Below the pieces are notes generated by a model. That model made no database searches. It had not been told where the DNA came from and saw only the letters and a program-made list of their open reading frames with translations. Below are positions 1 to 7,524 of a stretch of 30,292 bases of DNA, one piece after another. The translations under genes were made by a program, and so were the position numbers. The stretch comes from a virus (taxonomy: Duplodnaviria; Caudoviricetes): positions 1 to 30,292 of the IMG/VR virus record IMGVR_UViG_3300011339_000732. The stretch is one strand, 5' to 3'. Each line of letters starts with the position of its first letter. Within the stretch, counting starts at the first letter, position 1.

Positions 1-2
1 TC

Positions 3-473
3 GTCGACCCGGCCGACAAGGCCACGGTCAAGAAGCTCGACGAGGCCATGCTGGCCGTGGCCAAGGAGAAGTGGGGGGCCAAGGCCCAACAGGTCTTCGA
101 CAACCTGGTCAAGACCGGCAAGAAGCCAGAGGTCGGCTTCGTCAAGGAGCCCTACAAGAACAAGGACGGCGACGCCTACGACGGCTTCGAGGACATGTTC
201 TACGTCACGGCCAAGACGTCGACCCGCCCTCTGCTGATCGACCGGGACAAGACCCCTCTGGTCCAGTCGGACGGCCGCCCCTACTCGGGCTGCAAGGCGG
301 TCATCCAGGTCGAGTTCTGGGCGCAGGACAACAAGTGGGGCCGTGGCATCCGCGCCCAGCTCAAGGGCCTGCAGTTCCACAGCGACGGCGACGCCTTCTC
401 GGGCGGCGCACCGGCTTCGGCTGACGACTTCGACGACATCACAGACGGTGTTGACGCGGACGATCTGGCGTAG
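3..473 (+). CDS. DUF2815-family phage ssDNA-binding protein (5' truncated by window edge)
   Basis: Frame is open from position 3 (VDPADKATVKKLDEAML...). Motifs 'RPLLIDRDKTPL...YSGC...FWAQDNKWGRGIRAQLKGLQF..DGDAFSGG' plus an acidic C-tail (DDFDDITDGVDADDLA) are typical of the T7 gp2.5-like/DUF2815 SSBs found upstream of PolA in APSE/BPP-1-like phages. Confidence 0.85.
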   Translation, partial: VDPADKATVKKLDEAMLAVAKEKWGAKAQQVFDNLVKTGKKPEVGFVKEPYKNKDGDAYDGFEDMFYVTAKTSTRPLLIDRDKTPLVQSDGRPYSGCKAVIQVEFWAQDNKWGRGIRAQLKGLQFHSDGDAFSGGAPASADDFDDITDGVDADDLA

Positions 474-482
474 CAAAGAGAA

Positions 483-506
483 GGGGCGGTCCTCCCGGGC
501 CGCCCC
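483..506 (+). other. Intergenic GC-rich hairpin (no U-tract)
   Basis: GGGGCGGTCC-TCCC-GGGCCGCCCC is a 10-bp stem with one G-U pair, between the SSB stop and the RBS of ORF 530. Possibly a pause, processing or attenuation element. Confidence 0.5.
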
Positions 507-529
507 GATCTGCTAGAAGGACAAGAGAC

Positions 530-1165
530 ATGAGAAAATCACAGGCGACATACACCGCCCGCCGTAACTGGCAACAGAAGGGCCTTGCGCTGCCCGACAC
601 GACCCCCCTCGCCAGCGGCGGCGGCGACACTCCCGTCTTCGACCGTGCGCGGGCCGACCCTGCGCCGGGGGGCCCCGCCCCCTTCCACTATTTCGCCCGC
701 GCCGCCAGCGACCGCCGCCCGGGCACGCCCCTTCCCCCCGAGATGACCGGCGACCCGCACCCCGACAGGCTGGCCCGCGCCGAGGCGCTGCGCCAGGCAC
801 TGATCGAGAAGGACAACCGCTACCGGATCGAAGGCTCGACCGATGAGCAGCGCGCCGTAGGCCTGCGGCCAGAAGTGCGCGGTCGGGGCAAGGGCAGCTC
901 GACCTTCTCCAGCACGCCCGACATCCCCGAACCCCGCAGCTACTACATCGACGTCCTTCCCGAGGACGCAGCGGTCGAAGCGCGGCGCGGCGACCAGGTG
1001 CTGATCTTCGCCACGCTCACGGACGCCGCCCGCTGCATGACGGGTGAGCGCAGCCCGAAGTGGGTCAAGGCCATCCAGAACGCGGCCGGTGGTGTTACCA
1101 AAGCGGCCTTCGGCTGGGAGTGGACCCGCCTGCGGAGCCGCCAGAAAGCGAAGTGGAAGTCGTGA
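530..1165 (+). CDS. Hypothetical protein with C-terminal NUMOD1/IENR1-like HTH DNA-binding motif
   Basis: RBS GAAGGA at 516-521. Its stop overlaps the PolA start (GTGA). C-terminal 'IFATLTDAAR..IQNAAGGVTKAAFGWEWTR' resembles NUMOD1 (F.S..EAA....I...c.g...a.gy.w). Confidence 0.55.
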   Translation: MRKSQATYTARRNWQQKGLALPDTTPLASGGGDTPVFDRARADPAPGGPAPFHYFARAASDRRPGTPLPPEMTGDPHPDRLARAEALRQALIEKDNRYRIEGSTDEQRAVGLRPEVRGRGKGSSTFSSTPDIPEPRSYYIDVLPEDAAVEARRGDQVLIFATLTDAARCMTGERSPKWVKAIQNAAGGVTKAAFGWEWTRLRSRQKAKWKS

Positions 1166-3204
1166 CCACCTTCTACGGAGACACGGAGACCTACTGCGAA
1201 ACGCCCCTCGCCCACGGCCTCCACCGCTACGCAGAGGACGTCGAGATCACGGTCTTCGCCTGGGCTCTCGACGAGGGGCCGGTCGAGGTGATCGACTGCA
1301 CCCGGCCCGGGTGGGAGGAGAAGGTCAAGGCCGCCATGGCTGCGGCCGACACCGCCGACGAGCAGGTCTGGCAGAACTCGGCCTTCGACCGCACGGTCCT
1401 GCGCCACGCTTGGGGCTACGAGATGCCGCTCGAGCGCATCTGGGACACGATGGTGCAGGCCCTCGCTCACAGCCTGCCCGGTTCGCTCGACACCCTCTGC
1501 TCGATCCTCGGCGTGCCGATGGACCTGTCGAAGCACAAGGCTGGCAAGGCCCTGGTGCAGCTCTTCTGCAAGCCCAGACCGAAGACCTCCAAGGTCCGGC
1601 GCGCGACGCGCCACACCCACCCCATCGAGTGGCAGCGGTTCCTCGACTACGCTGGCTCCGACATCATCTCGATGCGCGAGGTGCGCAAGCGGATGCCCAA
1701 GTGGAACTACCCCGGGAACCAGCGCGAGCGCGACCTGTGGGTGCTCGACCAGAAGATCAACGACCGGGGTGTGGCCGTCGACCTGGACCTGGCCGAGGCC
1801 GCCGTGCGCGCGACGGACCTGGCCAAGAGGGGGCTGAAGGCGAAGACGCAGGAGCTGACCGGCTTCGACCCGGAGACGGGGCAGGGGCTCGAGAGCACCA
1901 CCCAGCGCGACGCCTTCCTGAAGTACCTGCTCGGCGAGTTCGGCGTCGACCTGCCCGACATGCAGAAGGGCACGCTCGAGCGGCGACTGGCCGATGAGAA
2001 CCTGCCAGAGCCCGTCAAAGACCTGCTCCGCATCAGGCTCATGGCCACGGTGTCGTCGACCGCCAAGTACAAGACGCTCCTGCGGGGGACGTCGAGCGAC
2101 GGGCGGCTGCGCGGCACGCTCCAGTTCTGCGGAGCTGCGCGCACCGGCCGGTGGGCTGGCCGCCTCTTCCAGCCCCAGAACCTGATGCGCCCGACGCTGA
2201 AGCAGCAGGCCATCCTCGACGCCATCGAGGCCTTCCTCGCGGACTGCGCGGACCTGGTCTACGACAACGTCATGAACACGGCGGCGAACTGCACGCGCGG
2301 TGCTCTGACCGTCGGGCCCGGCAAGAAGATGGTGTCCTCCGACCTGGCCAACATCGAGGGCCGGTTCCTGGCCTGGCTGGCCGGTGAAGAGTGGAAGCTC
2401 CAAGCCTTCCGCGCCTTCGACACCTTCCTCTTCAACGGCGACGGATCGCCCACGCTGTTCGTCAACAAGAAGGGGGAGCTGGAGCACAAGCGCGCCGGGC
2501 CCGACCTCTATCACGTCGGCGCTGCCGAAGTCCTCGGCATCAAGGTCGAGGACGTGACCGACGACCAGCGCCAGGCGCAGGGCAAGGTGCCCGAGCTGGC
2601 CTGCGGTTACCAGGGTGCGGTCGGCGCGTTCCAGGCGATGGCCCGCATCTACGGGCTGGAGATGTCCGACGCCCGGGCCCTCGAGATCGTGAAGGCTTGG
2701 CGCAAGAAGAACAAGCACATCGTCGAGCTATGGTACGAGACCGAGCGCGCCGCGATCCGCGCCGCCGAGCAGCCGGGCCTGCGGGTCGAGGCGGCCGGTG
2801 GCAAGCTGGTCTTCCAGCGCAACGGCAGCTGGCTGCGCATGCGCCTCCCCTCTGGCCGTTGCCTCTGCTACCCCGGCGTGGCCGTCGAGGAGGGCAAGCT
2901 GACGTACATGGGGGTCAACCAGTACACCCGGAAATGGGAGCGGCTGCACACCTACGGCGGCAAGCTGATCGAGAACGCCACACAGGGCGGGTCTCGCGAC
3001 GTGCTGGCGCACAACATGGCCGAGGCCGAGGCGGCCGGGTTCGAGATCACGCTGACCGTTCACGATGAGCTGGTCACGGAGACAATCGACAGCGGGCAGT
3101 TTACAAGCGAACGCTTGAGTGCCATCATGTCGACCGTACCCCCCTGGGCGACGGGCCTCCCGCTCGCCGCCTCCGGCTGGGAAGGACAGAGGTACAGGAA
3201 ATGA
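1162..3204 (+). CDS. polA: DNA polymerase family A with 3'-5' exonuclease (APSE/SPO2-type)
   Basis: Likely GTG start at 1162, overlapping the upstream TGA. ExoI 'GDTETY', ExoII 'QNSAFDR', ExoIII 'YAGSD'; 'TGRWAG', motif A 'SDLANIEGR', motif B 'RQAQGKVPELACGYQG', motif C 'TVHDE'. Confidence 0.95.
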   Translation: MTTFYGDTETYCETPLAHGLHRYAEDVEITVFAWALDEGPVEVIDCTRPGWEEKVKAAMAAADTADEQVWQNSAFDRTVLRHAWGYEMPLERIWDTMVQALAHSLPGSLDTLCSILGVPMDLSKHKAGKALVQLFCKPRPKTSKVRRATRHTHPIEWQRFLDYAGSDIISMREVRKRMPKWNYPGNQRERDLWVLDQKINDRGVAVDLDLAEAAVRATDLAKRGLKAKTQELTGFDPETGQGLESTTQRDAFLKYLLGEFGVDLPDMQKGTLERRLADENLPEPVKDLLRIRLMATVSSTAKYKTLLRGTSSDGRLRGTLQFCGAARTGRWAGRLFQPQNLMRPTLKQQAILDAIEAFLADCADLVYDNVMNTAANCTRGALTVGPGKKMVSSDLANIEGRFLAWLAGEEWKLQAFRAFDTFLFNGDGSPTLFVNKKGELEHKRAGPDLYHVGAAEVLGIKVEDVTDDQRQAQGKVPELACGYQGAVGAFQAMARIYGLEMSDARALEIVKAWRKKNKHIVELWYETERAAIRAAEQPGLRVEAAGGKLVFQRNGSWLRMRLPSGRCLCYPGVAVEEGKLTYMGVNQYTRKWERLHTYGGKLIENATQGGSRDVLAHNMAEAEAAGFEITLTVHDELVTETIDSGQFTSERLSAIMSTVPPWATGLPLAASGWEGQRYRK

Positions 3205-3500
3205 GAGAGAGCACAGTCGAAGCGCACCTGCGCAAGAAGGCGACAGCCGCCGGGGCGCTGGTCAGGAAGATGATCTGGCCGGGGCACCGCGGCGCGCCGG
3301 ATCGGTTGGTGATCTGGTCCGCGGAAGCGTGGAACGCCGCGTGGCCGCAGGTCGACTTCGTCGAACTCAAGGCCCCCGGCAAGAAGCCCGACCCGCACCA
3401 GGAGCGGGAACACGAGAAGCTGCGCAGCATGGGCTGCGCGGTCTACACCCTCGACAGCATCGAAGCTGTCGACGCCTACATAACGAGAATGACAGCATGA
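3201..3500 (+). CDS. VRR-NUC domain nuclease (PD-(D/E)xK)
   Basis: 'MRESTVEAHL...GAPDRLVI...FVELKAPGKKPDPHQEREHEKLRSMGCAVYTLDS' is the classic phage VRR-NUC pattern. ATGA overlaps on both sides. Confidence 0.9.
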   Translation: MRESTVEAHLRKKATAAGALVRKMIWPGHRGAPDRLVIWSAEAWNAAWPQVDFVELKAPGKKPDPHQEREHEKLRSMGCAVYTLDSIEAVDAYITRMTA

Positions 3501-3841
3501 CCGACAGAATGTACATGCGCGGCGGCCTCTGGTGCTGGCGGCGGGACTGGACGGCCGCCGAGGTCGACCGTCTGGAGCGGGCCTTCGAGGTCGGCGCGAG
3601 CGACGCCGACATAGGCAAGCGCCTGCGCCGCAGCGCCAGCTCGGTGCAGCGCAAGAGGTTGACGCTCGGCCTTCGCCGAAACGGACAGGCAGTAGCCCGG
3701 CAGGCATGGACGCCCGAGCGCGTGGCCAGGGCCGTCGCCCTCCGAGCCGAGGGCCGCTCCTCGTCGGAGATCGCGCGCGAGTTCGGGCCCGCCTTCACCC
3801 GCAACATGGTGATCGGTGCGATCTGGCGGGCTGGCCAGTGA
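3497..3841 (+). CDS. Tandem HTH protein; second repeat is a GcrA N-terminal DNA-binding-domain homologue
   Basis: ATG at 3497 overlaps the VRR-NUC stop; 114 aa. Repeat 1 'WTAAEVDRLERAFEVGASDADIGKRLRRSASSVQRKRLTLGL'; repeat 2 'WTPERVARAVALRAEGRSSSEIAREFGPAFTRNMVIGAIWRAG', matching the GcrA pattern WT.ERV..L..L..G.S.S.IA..lG..TRN.VIG...R.G. Confidence 0.8.
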   Translation: MTDRMYMRGGLWCWRRDWTAAEVDRLERAFEVGASDADIGKRLRRSASSVQRKRLTLGLRRNGQAVARQAWTPERVARAVALRAEGRSSSEIAREFGPAFTRNMVIGAIWRAGQ

Positions 3842-5253
3842 GCCGTGCCTACACTCCCAGGCCCTGGCAACCGGCCATGATCGACCACGCCTGCGAGGTC
3901 GTTCGTGCTGGCCAGTGGGCGGGGATGGGCACCGGCAAGACCTCGGCCACCCTGGCCGCCCTCGACCTGCTCCACCTCTGCGGCGAGGTCACCCGGCCCG
4001 CGTTGGTCATCGCGCCGAAGCGGGTGGCCGAGCACACCTGGCCCGACGAGGTCAGGAAGTGGGACTTCTGCGCGGGGTGGCAGGTCGACACGATCCTCGG
4101 CACGCCCGCCCAAAGGCTGGCAGCTCTCGGCCGTGTGCGAAGGGGCGGCTCGCCTCTCGCCACGATCAACTATGAGAACCTGCCCTGGCTGCTCGAGAAG
4201 CTGGACGGCGACTGGCCCTTCGGCCTGGTGATCGCCGACGAGAGCACCAAGCTGAAGAGCTTTCGCGGCGGCTTCCGCACGCATGCGACCACCGGCAAGA
4301 CCTACTACCAGGGCGGCGGATCGACCAGGGCCAGGGCCCTGGGCCGCGTCGCACACCGCACGCCGCGCTGGATCAACCTGACGGGAACGCCGTCGCCGAA
4401 CGGGCTGCAAGACCTGTGGGGACAGGGCTGGTTCCTCGACGCTGGCCAGCGTCTGGGCCGTACCTTCGAGAGTTTCAAGGAGCGGTGGTTCCAGAAGTCG
4501 TTCGACGGTTTCAGCATCGACCCCCTGCCCTTCGCGCAGGAGCAGATCGAGACGGCGATCCGCGACATCTGCCTGACCACCGAGGTGCCGGTCGAGAAGC
4601 CCCTGTTCAACGAGATCAGGGTCGAGCTGCCAGACAAGGCCCGGGCCCAGTACCGCGAGATGGAGCGCAAGATGTGGACCGAGATCAAGGCGGTCGGCAT
4701 CGAGGCCGTCAACGCCGCCGCCCGATCCGGCAAGTGCCTGCAGATAGCCAACGGAGCAGTCTATGACAACGAAGAGAACAAGGCCTGGCACGAAGTCCAC
4801 GGAGCCAAACTGGACGCCCTGGAAAGTGTGGTCGAAGAGAGCGGAGGAGCACCAGTTCTCGTCGCCTATAACTTCCGGCACGACCTCGAGCGACTGCAGC
4901 GAGCCTTCCCCGCAGGCATCGACCTGTCGACGTCGGCTGGCCTGCGCCGCGCTAAGGCAGGCGAGGGTCGAGTTTGGTTTGCCCATCCGGCCAGCCTCGG
5001 CCACGGAGTAGACGGGCTGCAGGAACACTGCAACATCGTCGCCTTCTTCAGCCTGAACTGGAACCTGGAGGAGCACGACCAGATCATCGAGCGCGTCGGC
5101 CCGATGCGCCAACAGCAGGCGGGCAAGAAGCGCGCCGTCTACGTCCACTACATCCTGGCCACCGGCACCGTGGATGAACTCGTATTAGACCGGCTCACCA
5201 CCAAGAGGAGCGTCCAGCAGATCATGCTCGACGCCATGAAGAGGCAAACATGA
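3838..5253 (+). CDS. SNF2-like (SF2) helicase
   Basis: GTG start at 3838 overlaps the upstream TGA. Q motif 'PRPWQ', Walker A 'GMGTGKT', 'VIAPKRVA', Walker B 'IADES', motif III 'LTGTPSPNG', 'HPASLGHGVDGLQ', 'QIIERVG'. Confidence 0.92.
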   Translation: MSRAYTPRPWQPAMIDHACEVVRAGQWAGMGTGKTSATLAALDLLHLCGEVTRPALVIAPKRVAEHTWPDEVRKWDFCAGWQVDTILGTPAQRLAALGRVRRGGSPLATINYENLPWLLEKLDGDWPFGLVIADESTKLKSFRGGFRTHATTGKTYYQGGGSTRARALGRVAHRTPRWINLTGTPSPNGLQDLWGQGWFLDAGQRLGRTFESFKERWFQKSFDGFSIDPLPFAQEQIETAIRDICLTTEVPVEKPLFNEIRVELPDKARAQYREMERKMWTEIKAVGIEAVNAAARSGKCLQIANGAVYDNEENKAWHEVHGAKLDALESVVEESGGAPVLVAYNFRHDLERLQRAFPAGIDLSTSAGLRRAKAGEGRVWFAHPASLGHGVDGLQEHCNIVAFFSLNWNLEEHDQIIERVGPMRQQQAGKKRAVYVHYILATGTVDELVLDRLTTKRSVQQIMLDAMKRQT

Positions 5254-5525
5254 CCGAAGACGCATACTTCGACGCCAGCCCCGACAGGCTGAACGACAAC
5301 GCGCAGGGCCGCCTGCGCGGCATCATCGAGCGCCTCGAGCGCCTCGACGAGGACAAGGCCGCCGTGATGGCCGACATGAAGGAGGTCTTCGCCGAGGCCA
5401 AGGGCGAGGGCTATGACGTGAAGACCCTGCGCAAGGTGCTTCGCATCAGCAAGATGGACAAGGCCAAGCGCCAAGAGGAAGAGGCGATCCTCGACCTGTA
5501 TCTGTCGGCTTTGGGTTTGATCTAG
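5250..5525 (+). CDS. gapR: GapR/DUF2312 (UPF0335) nucleoid-associated protein
   Basis: 'AQGRLRGIIERLERLDEDKAAVMADMKEVFAEAKGEGYDVKTLRKVLRISKMDKAKRQEEEAILDLYLSALG' follows the Caulobacteraceae GapR sequence pattern over its full length. Confidence 0.92.
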   Translation: MTEDAYFDASPDRLNDNAQGRLRGIIERLERLDEDKAAVMADMKEVFAEAKGEGYDVKTLRKVLRISKMDKAKRQEEEAILDLYLSALGLI

Positions 5526-5544
5526 CACCGACTTGTGTTAGGAT
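5517..5544 (+). promoter_or_regulatory. Putative sigma70-type promoter for a small RNA
   Basis: -35 TTGATC (5517-5522), 16-nt spacer, extended -10 TG-n-TAGGAT (5536-5544). Predicted start near 5551, with no ORF before the terminator. Confidence 0.45.
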
Positions 5545-5550
5545 AGCCGC

Positions 5551-5673
5551 TGACCTCACGGCCTCCCGGGAGACGGGGCCGTGGGATGAGTGACAAGGCC
5601 CTTCGCGGAGCCAGTCACGACCAAAGCCCCGGCCGCTGGTTACTTGTCCTTCCCAGCGGCCGGGGTTTTTTTC
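5551..5673 (+). ncRNA. Candidate three-hairpin small RNA (~120 nt)
   Basis: Hairpin 1: CTCACGGCCTC/GGGGCCGTGGG (5555-5585). Hairpin 2: GTGAC..GGC..GCC.GTCAC (5590-5618). Hairpin 3: the terminator, with a 13-nt pyrimidine-rich loop. A promoter-like sequence precedes it. Confidence 0.45.
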
Positions 5674-5676
5674 TTT
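5623..5676 (+). terminator. Rho-independent terminator between the convergent early and late arms (possibly bidirectional)
   Basis: Perfect 13-bp stem CCCCGGCCGCTGG / CCAGCGGCCGGGG (5627-5665) followed by TTTTTTTCTTT; a short AAA on the 5' side. Confidence 0.88.
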
Positions 5677-6295
5677 AGAGCACCCGGATCAGTTTGTTCA
5701 CGATGATCGTCGGCTGCACGTTCTGGCTCGAGCCGCCGCCCGTCGACGTGGCCGCGGCGGTGATGCCGGTCGTCGAGCTGCCCGTCGTTTCGGAACCCGT
5801 AACCGTGCTTGCCCCGCCCGCGATCCCGGTGTTCGGCGTGTCGTCTTGGCGGGATTGGACGGTGTGGGTGTGCCCCGGGTCCGTGATGGTCACCGCGTGG
5901 ACGTGGCCGTGCAGCAGTTCGCTGCCGCCGGTCGCGCCGAGGACGTCGCCGTCGAGGCCCGACGCCGCGGCCGTCAGGCGGTCGGCCGACGTGCCGCCCA
6001 TGTCGTCCTGGCCAGCACCCACCCGGCCCCGGTAGTCGGGCAGGTTGAAGGTGGTCGTGCCGTCGCCGACACCGTAGGCCGTGCTGAGGCGCGCGAAGAG
6101 GGTGGCGTAGGTCGTGCGGCTGACGGCCTGGCCGTAGGGGAACACCCAGGTCACGCCCTGCACCACGCTCGGCACCGCTGCGCCCGCGTAGTCGATCACC
6201 GTGCCGATGGGCGCGATGATGTTGGCCAGCGCCACGACTTCAGCGGCGGTCGGATAGTCCTCGGCGAGCATGGACTGAGGGACGAAGGTGGTCAT
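5675..6295 (-). CDS. Phage tail-collar domain protein (short fibre-like)
   Basis: 'PIGTVIDYAG...GQAVSRTTYATLFARLSTAYGVGDGTTTFNLPDYRGRVGAG' is the tail collar motif; HxH motifs (HGHVH, GHTH) and C-terminal 'NVQPTIIVNKLIRV'. Confidence 0.85.
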   Translation of the reverse strand: MTTFVPQSMLAEDYPTAAEVVALANIIAPIGTVIDYAGAAVPSVVQGVTWVFPYGQAVSRTTYATLFARLSTAYGVGDGTTTFNLPDYRGRVGAGQDDMGGTSADRLTAAASGLDGDVLGATGGSELLHGHVHAVTITDPGHTHTVQSRQDDTPNTGIAGGASTVTGSETTGSSTTGITAAATSTGGGSSQNVQPTIIVNKLIRVL

Positions 6296-6307
6296 GATCT
6301 CGTTCTT

Positions 6308-6631
6308 TCAGCGGGCCCAGAAGGCATACCACGGGGCGTTGATGGCACGGTAGGCACGCTGGTCTCGCGCCTCGCACAGCTTGATGACGGCCAGGCCGTC
6401 CTTCTTGTCGCGCTCCGACTGCGTGAGGCGGCCGGTCTCGTCGAGGGCGTAGTTGCGCCAGTCGTCCAGCGGCACGCCGCTGTCGGCGAGGGTAGCGTGG
6501 CCGACGACGTTGCCCAAGATGGCCTCGCCGAAGACCGAGCAGCCTTCAGCAGGCGCTGCCACCCTGGAGCTTGCACAGCTGCTGACGAGCAACGCGCTCG
6601 CGGTCAGCAGGATCAGCTTGGCGTACCGCAT
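6308..6631 (-). CDS. o-spanin (Rz1-like outer-membrane lipoprotein)
   Basis: True start is probably ATG 6631: MRYAKLILLTASALLVSS-C is a signal peptide with lipobox. It begins inside the 3' end of the i-spanin in another frame. Confidence 0.75.
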   Translation of the reverse strand: MRYAKLILLTASALLVSSCASSRVAAPAEGCSVFGEAILGNVVGHATLADSGVPLDDWRNYALDETGRLTQSERDKKDGLAVIKLCEARDQRAYRAINAPWYAFWAR

Positions 6632-6857
6632 CTTGGGCCTCCTGTACCTGGGTCTGTGTGGCGGCGTCGGCCGCCGCGTTGTTGACGGTGATCTCAAAGG
6701 TCTCGGTCGCCGTCGCGGTGCGCGCGTCGGCGATGGTGGCTTGGTCCTTGGCCTGGTCGGCCGAGGTGCATGCCCCCCGCCACGATAGCAGGGACAGCAC
6801 GGCGACGACAACGGCCGCCAGGATCAGCCAGGTGCGAAGGGGGAGGGGGTTCTTCAT
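6546..6857 (-). CDS. i-spanin (Rz-like)
   Basis: N-terminal TM 'WLILAAVVVAVLSLLSW', Ala/Gln-rich helical periplasmic part, C-terminal cysteines. Directly follows the endolysin (ATGA overlap). Confidence 0.75.
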   Translation of the reverse strand: MKNPLPLRTWLILAAVVVAVLSLLSWRGACTSADQAKDQATIADARTATATETFEITVNNAAADAATQTQVQEAQDAVRQADPADRERVARQQLCKLQGGSAC

Positions 6858-7282
6858 AGCACCAGCTCGAAGTGGGGGCTGTCGCTCTCGCCCTTCTCGC
6901 GCGGCTTGCCGTCGCGGTCCCAGTCAGCGCCCCAGCGGATGGTGGTGCCCAGCTTCTTGGCCGCGCCGAAGACGGCGGCGGCCATGTCGTCGAACTTGTT
7001 GAGGTCGTTCCAGTCCACCGGGTAGGGCACGATGTCGACCGCGTGGCCGAAGCCCGTTTCCGGGTTGACGAAGTGGTTCGACTTCAGGGTCCACGTCACC
7101 TTGTTGCCGGGCTTCGTGCGGCCCTGGGCGAAAAGCTCGGCCTGACGTGCCGGTGTGCGGACGCCCTCGAGGACCATGAAGTCCTGCTCGGTGTGCTGGA
7201 TGGCCAGCTCGAGGACGGCCACCAGCTTGGGGTGGACGCCGCGGAGGCGGAACTTGGATTGAGCGCCGAGAGCGTAGGTCAT
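6854..7282 (-). CDS. Endolysin, peptidase M15 family (L-Ala-D-Glu peptidase-like)
   Basis: 'LRGVHPKLV..DFMVLEGVRTPARQAELFAQGRT..VTWTLKSNH..GHAVD..IRWGADW..DSPHFEL' supplies the Zn ligands H/D/H. Confidence 0.92.
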   Translation of the reverse strand: MTYALGAQSKFRLRGVHPKLVAVLELAIQHTEQDFMVLEGVRTPARQAELFAQGRTKPGNKVTWTLKSNHFVNPETGFGHAVDIVPYPVDWNDLNKFDDMAAAVFGAAKKLGTTIRWGADWDRDGKPREKGESDSPHFELVL

Positions 7283-7524
7283 GGCTTCTTCCAGCTTGCG
7301 ACGATGCGGGCGAGGTCGGCGGCCGACGCACCACCCATGTAGAGGAGGGCAAAGAAGGCCTGCGAACCGATCAAGGCCAGGGCCACGTCGCGCAGAGGCC
7401 CGCCTTCACTGAGCTTCCAGATGATGCCGACCAGCAGGGCCGTGGTCGAGACGACGTAGCCGACAGTGACCCAGCGACGCCAAAGGAACGACGGTTCGGG
7501 GAGGGGGTCTTGGTTGTCAGTCAC
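7279..7524 (-). CDS. Putative holin (2 TM segments)
   Basis: 81 aa with two hydrophobic helices and a basic C-end (WKKP), directly upstream of the endolysin. Confidence 0.6.
   Translation of the reverse strand: MTDNQDPLPEPSFLWRRWVTVGYVVSTTALLVGIIWKLSEGGPLRDVALALIGSQAFFALLYMGGASAADLARIVASWKKP

Noticed and set aside
1060-1161. Track-listed upstream starts for polA (1060), GcrA-like (3119), helicase (3532), o-spanin (6811), gp14-like (23824) and adaptor (27125)
   Set aside because: These extensions overlap neighbouring genes. Downstream starts with stop/start overlap, an RBS or a family-typical N-terminus fit better (1162, 3497, 3838, 6631, 23779, 26951).
1162-3204. Intein or intron in the DNA polymerase
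   Set aside because: The frame is continuous and of normal length, with no intein C/S...HN-C/S/T signature; only a short insertion.
943-5148. Long - strand ORFs (943..2718, 3367..5148) opposite polA and the helicase
   Set aside because: Shadow frames of well-supported + strand genes.
5526-5675. tRNA in the intergenic region
   Set aside because: Hairpins are present, but there is no cloverleaf, T-loop GTTCRA or CCA end.
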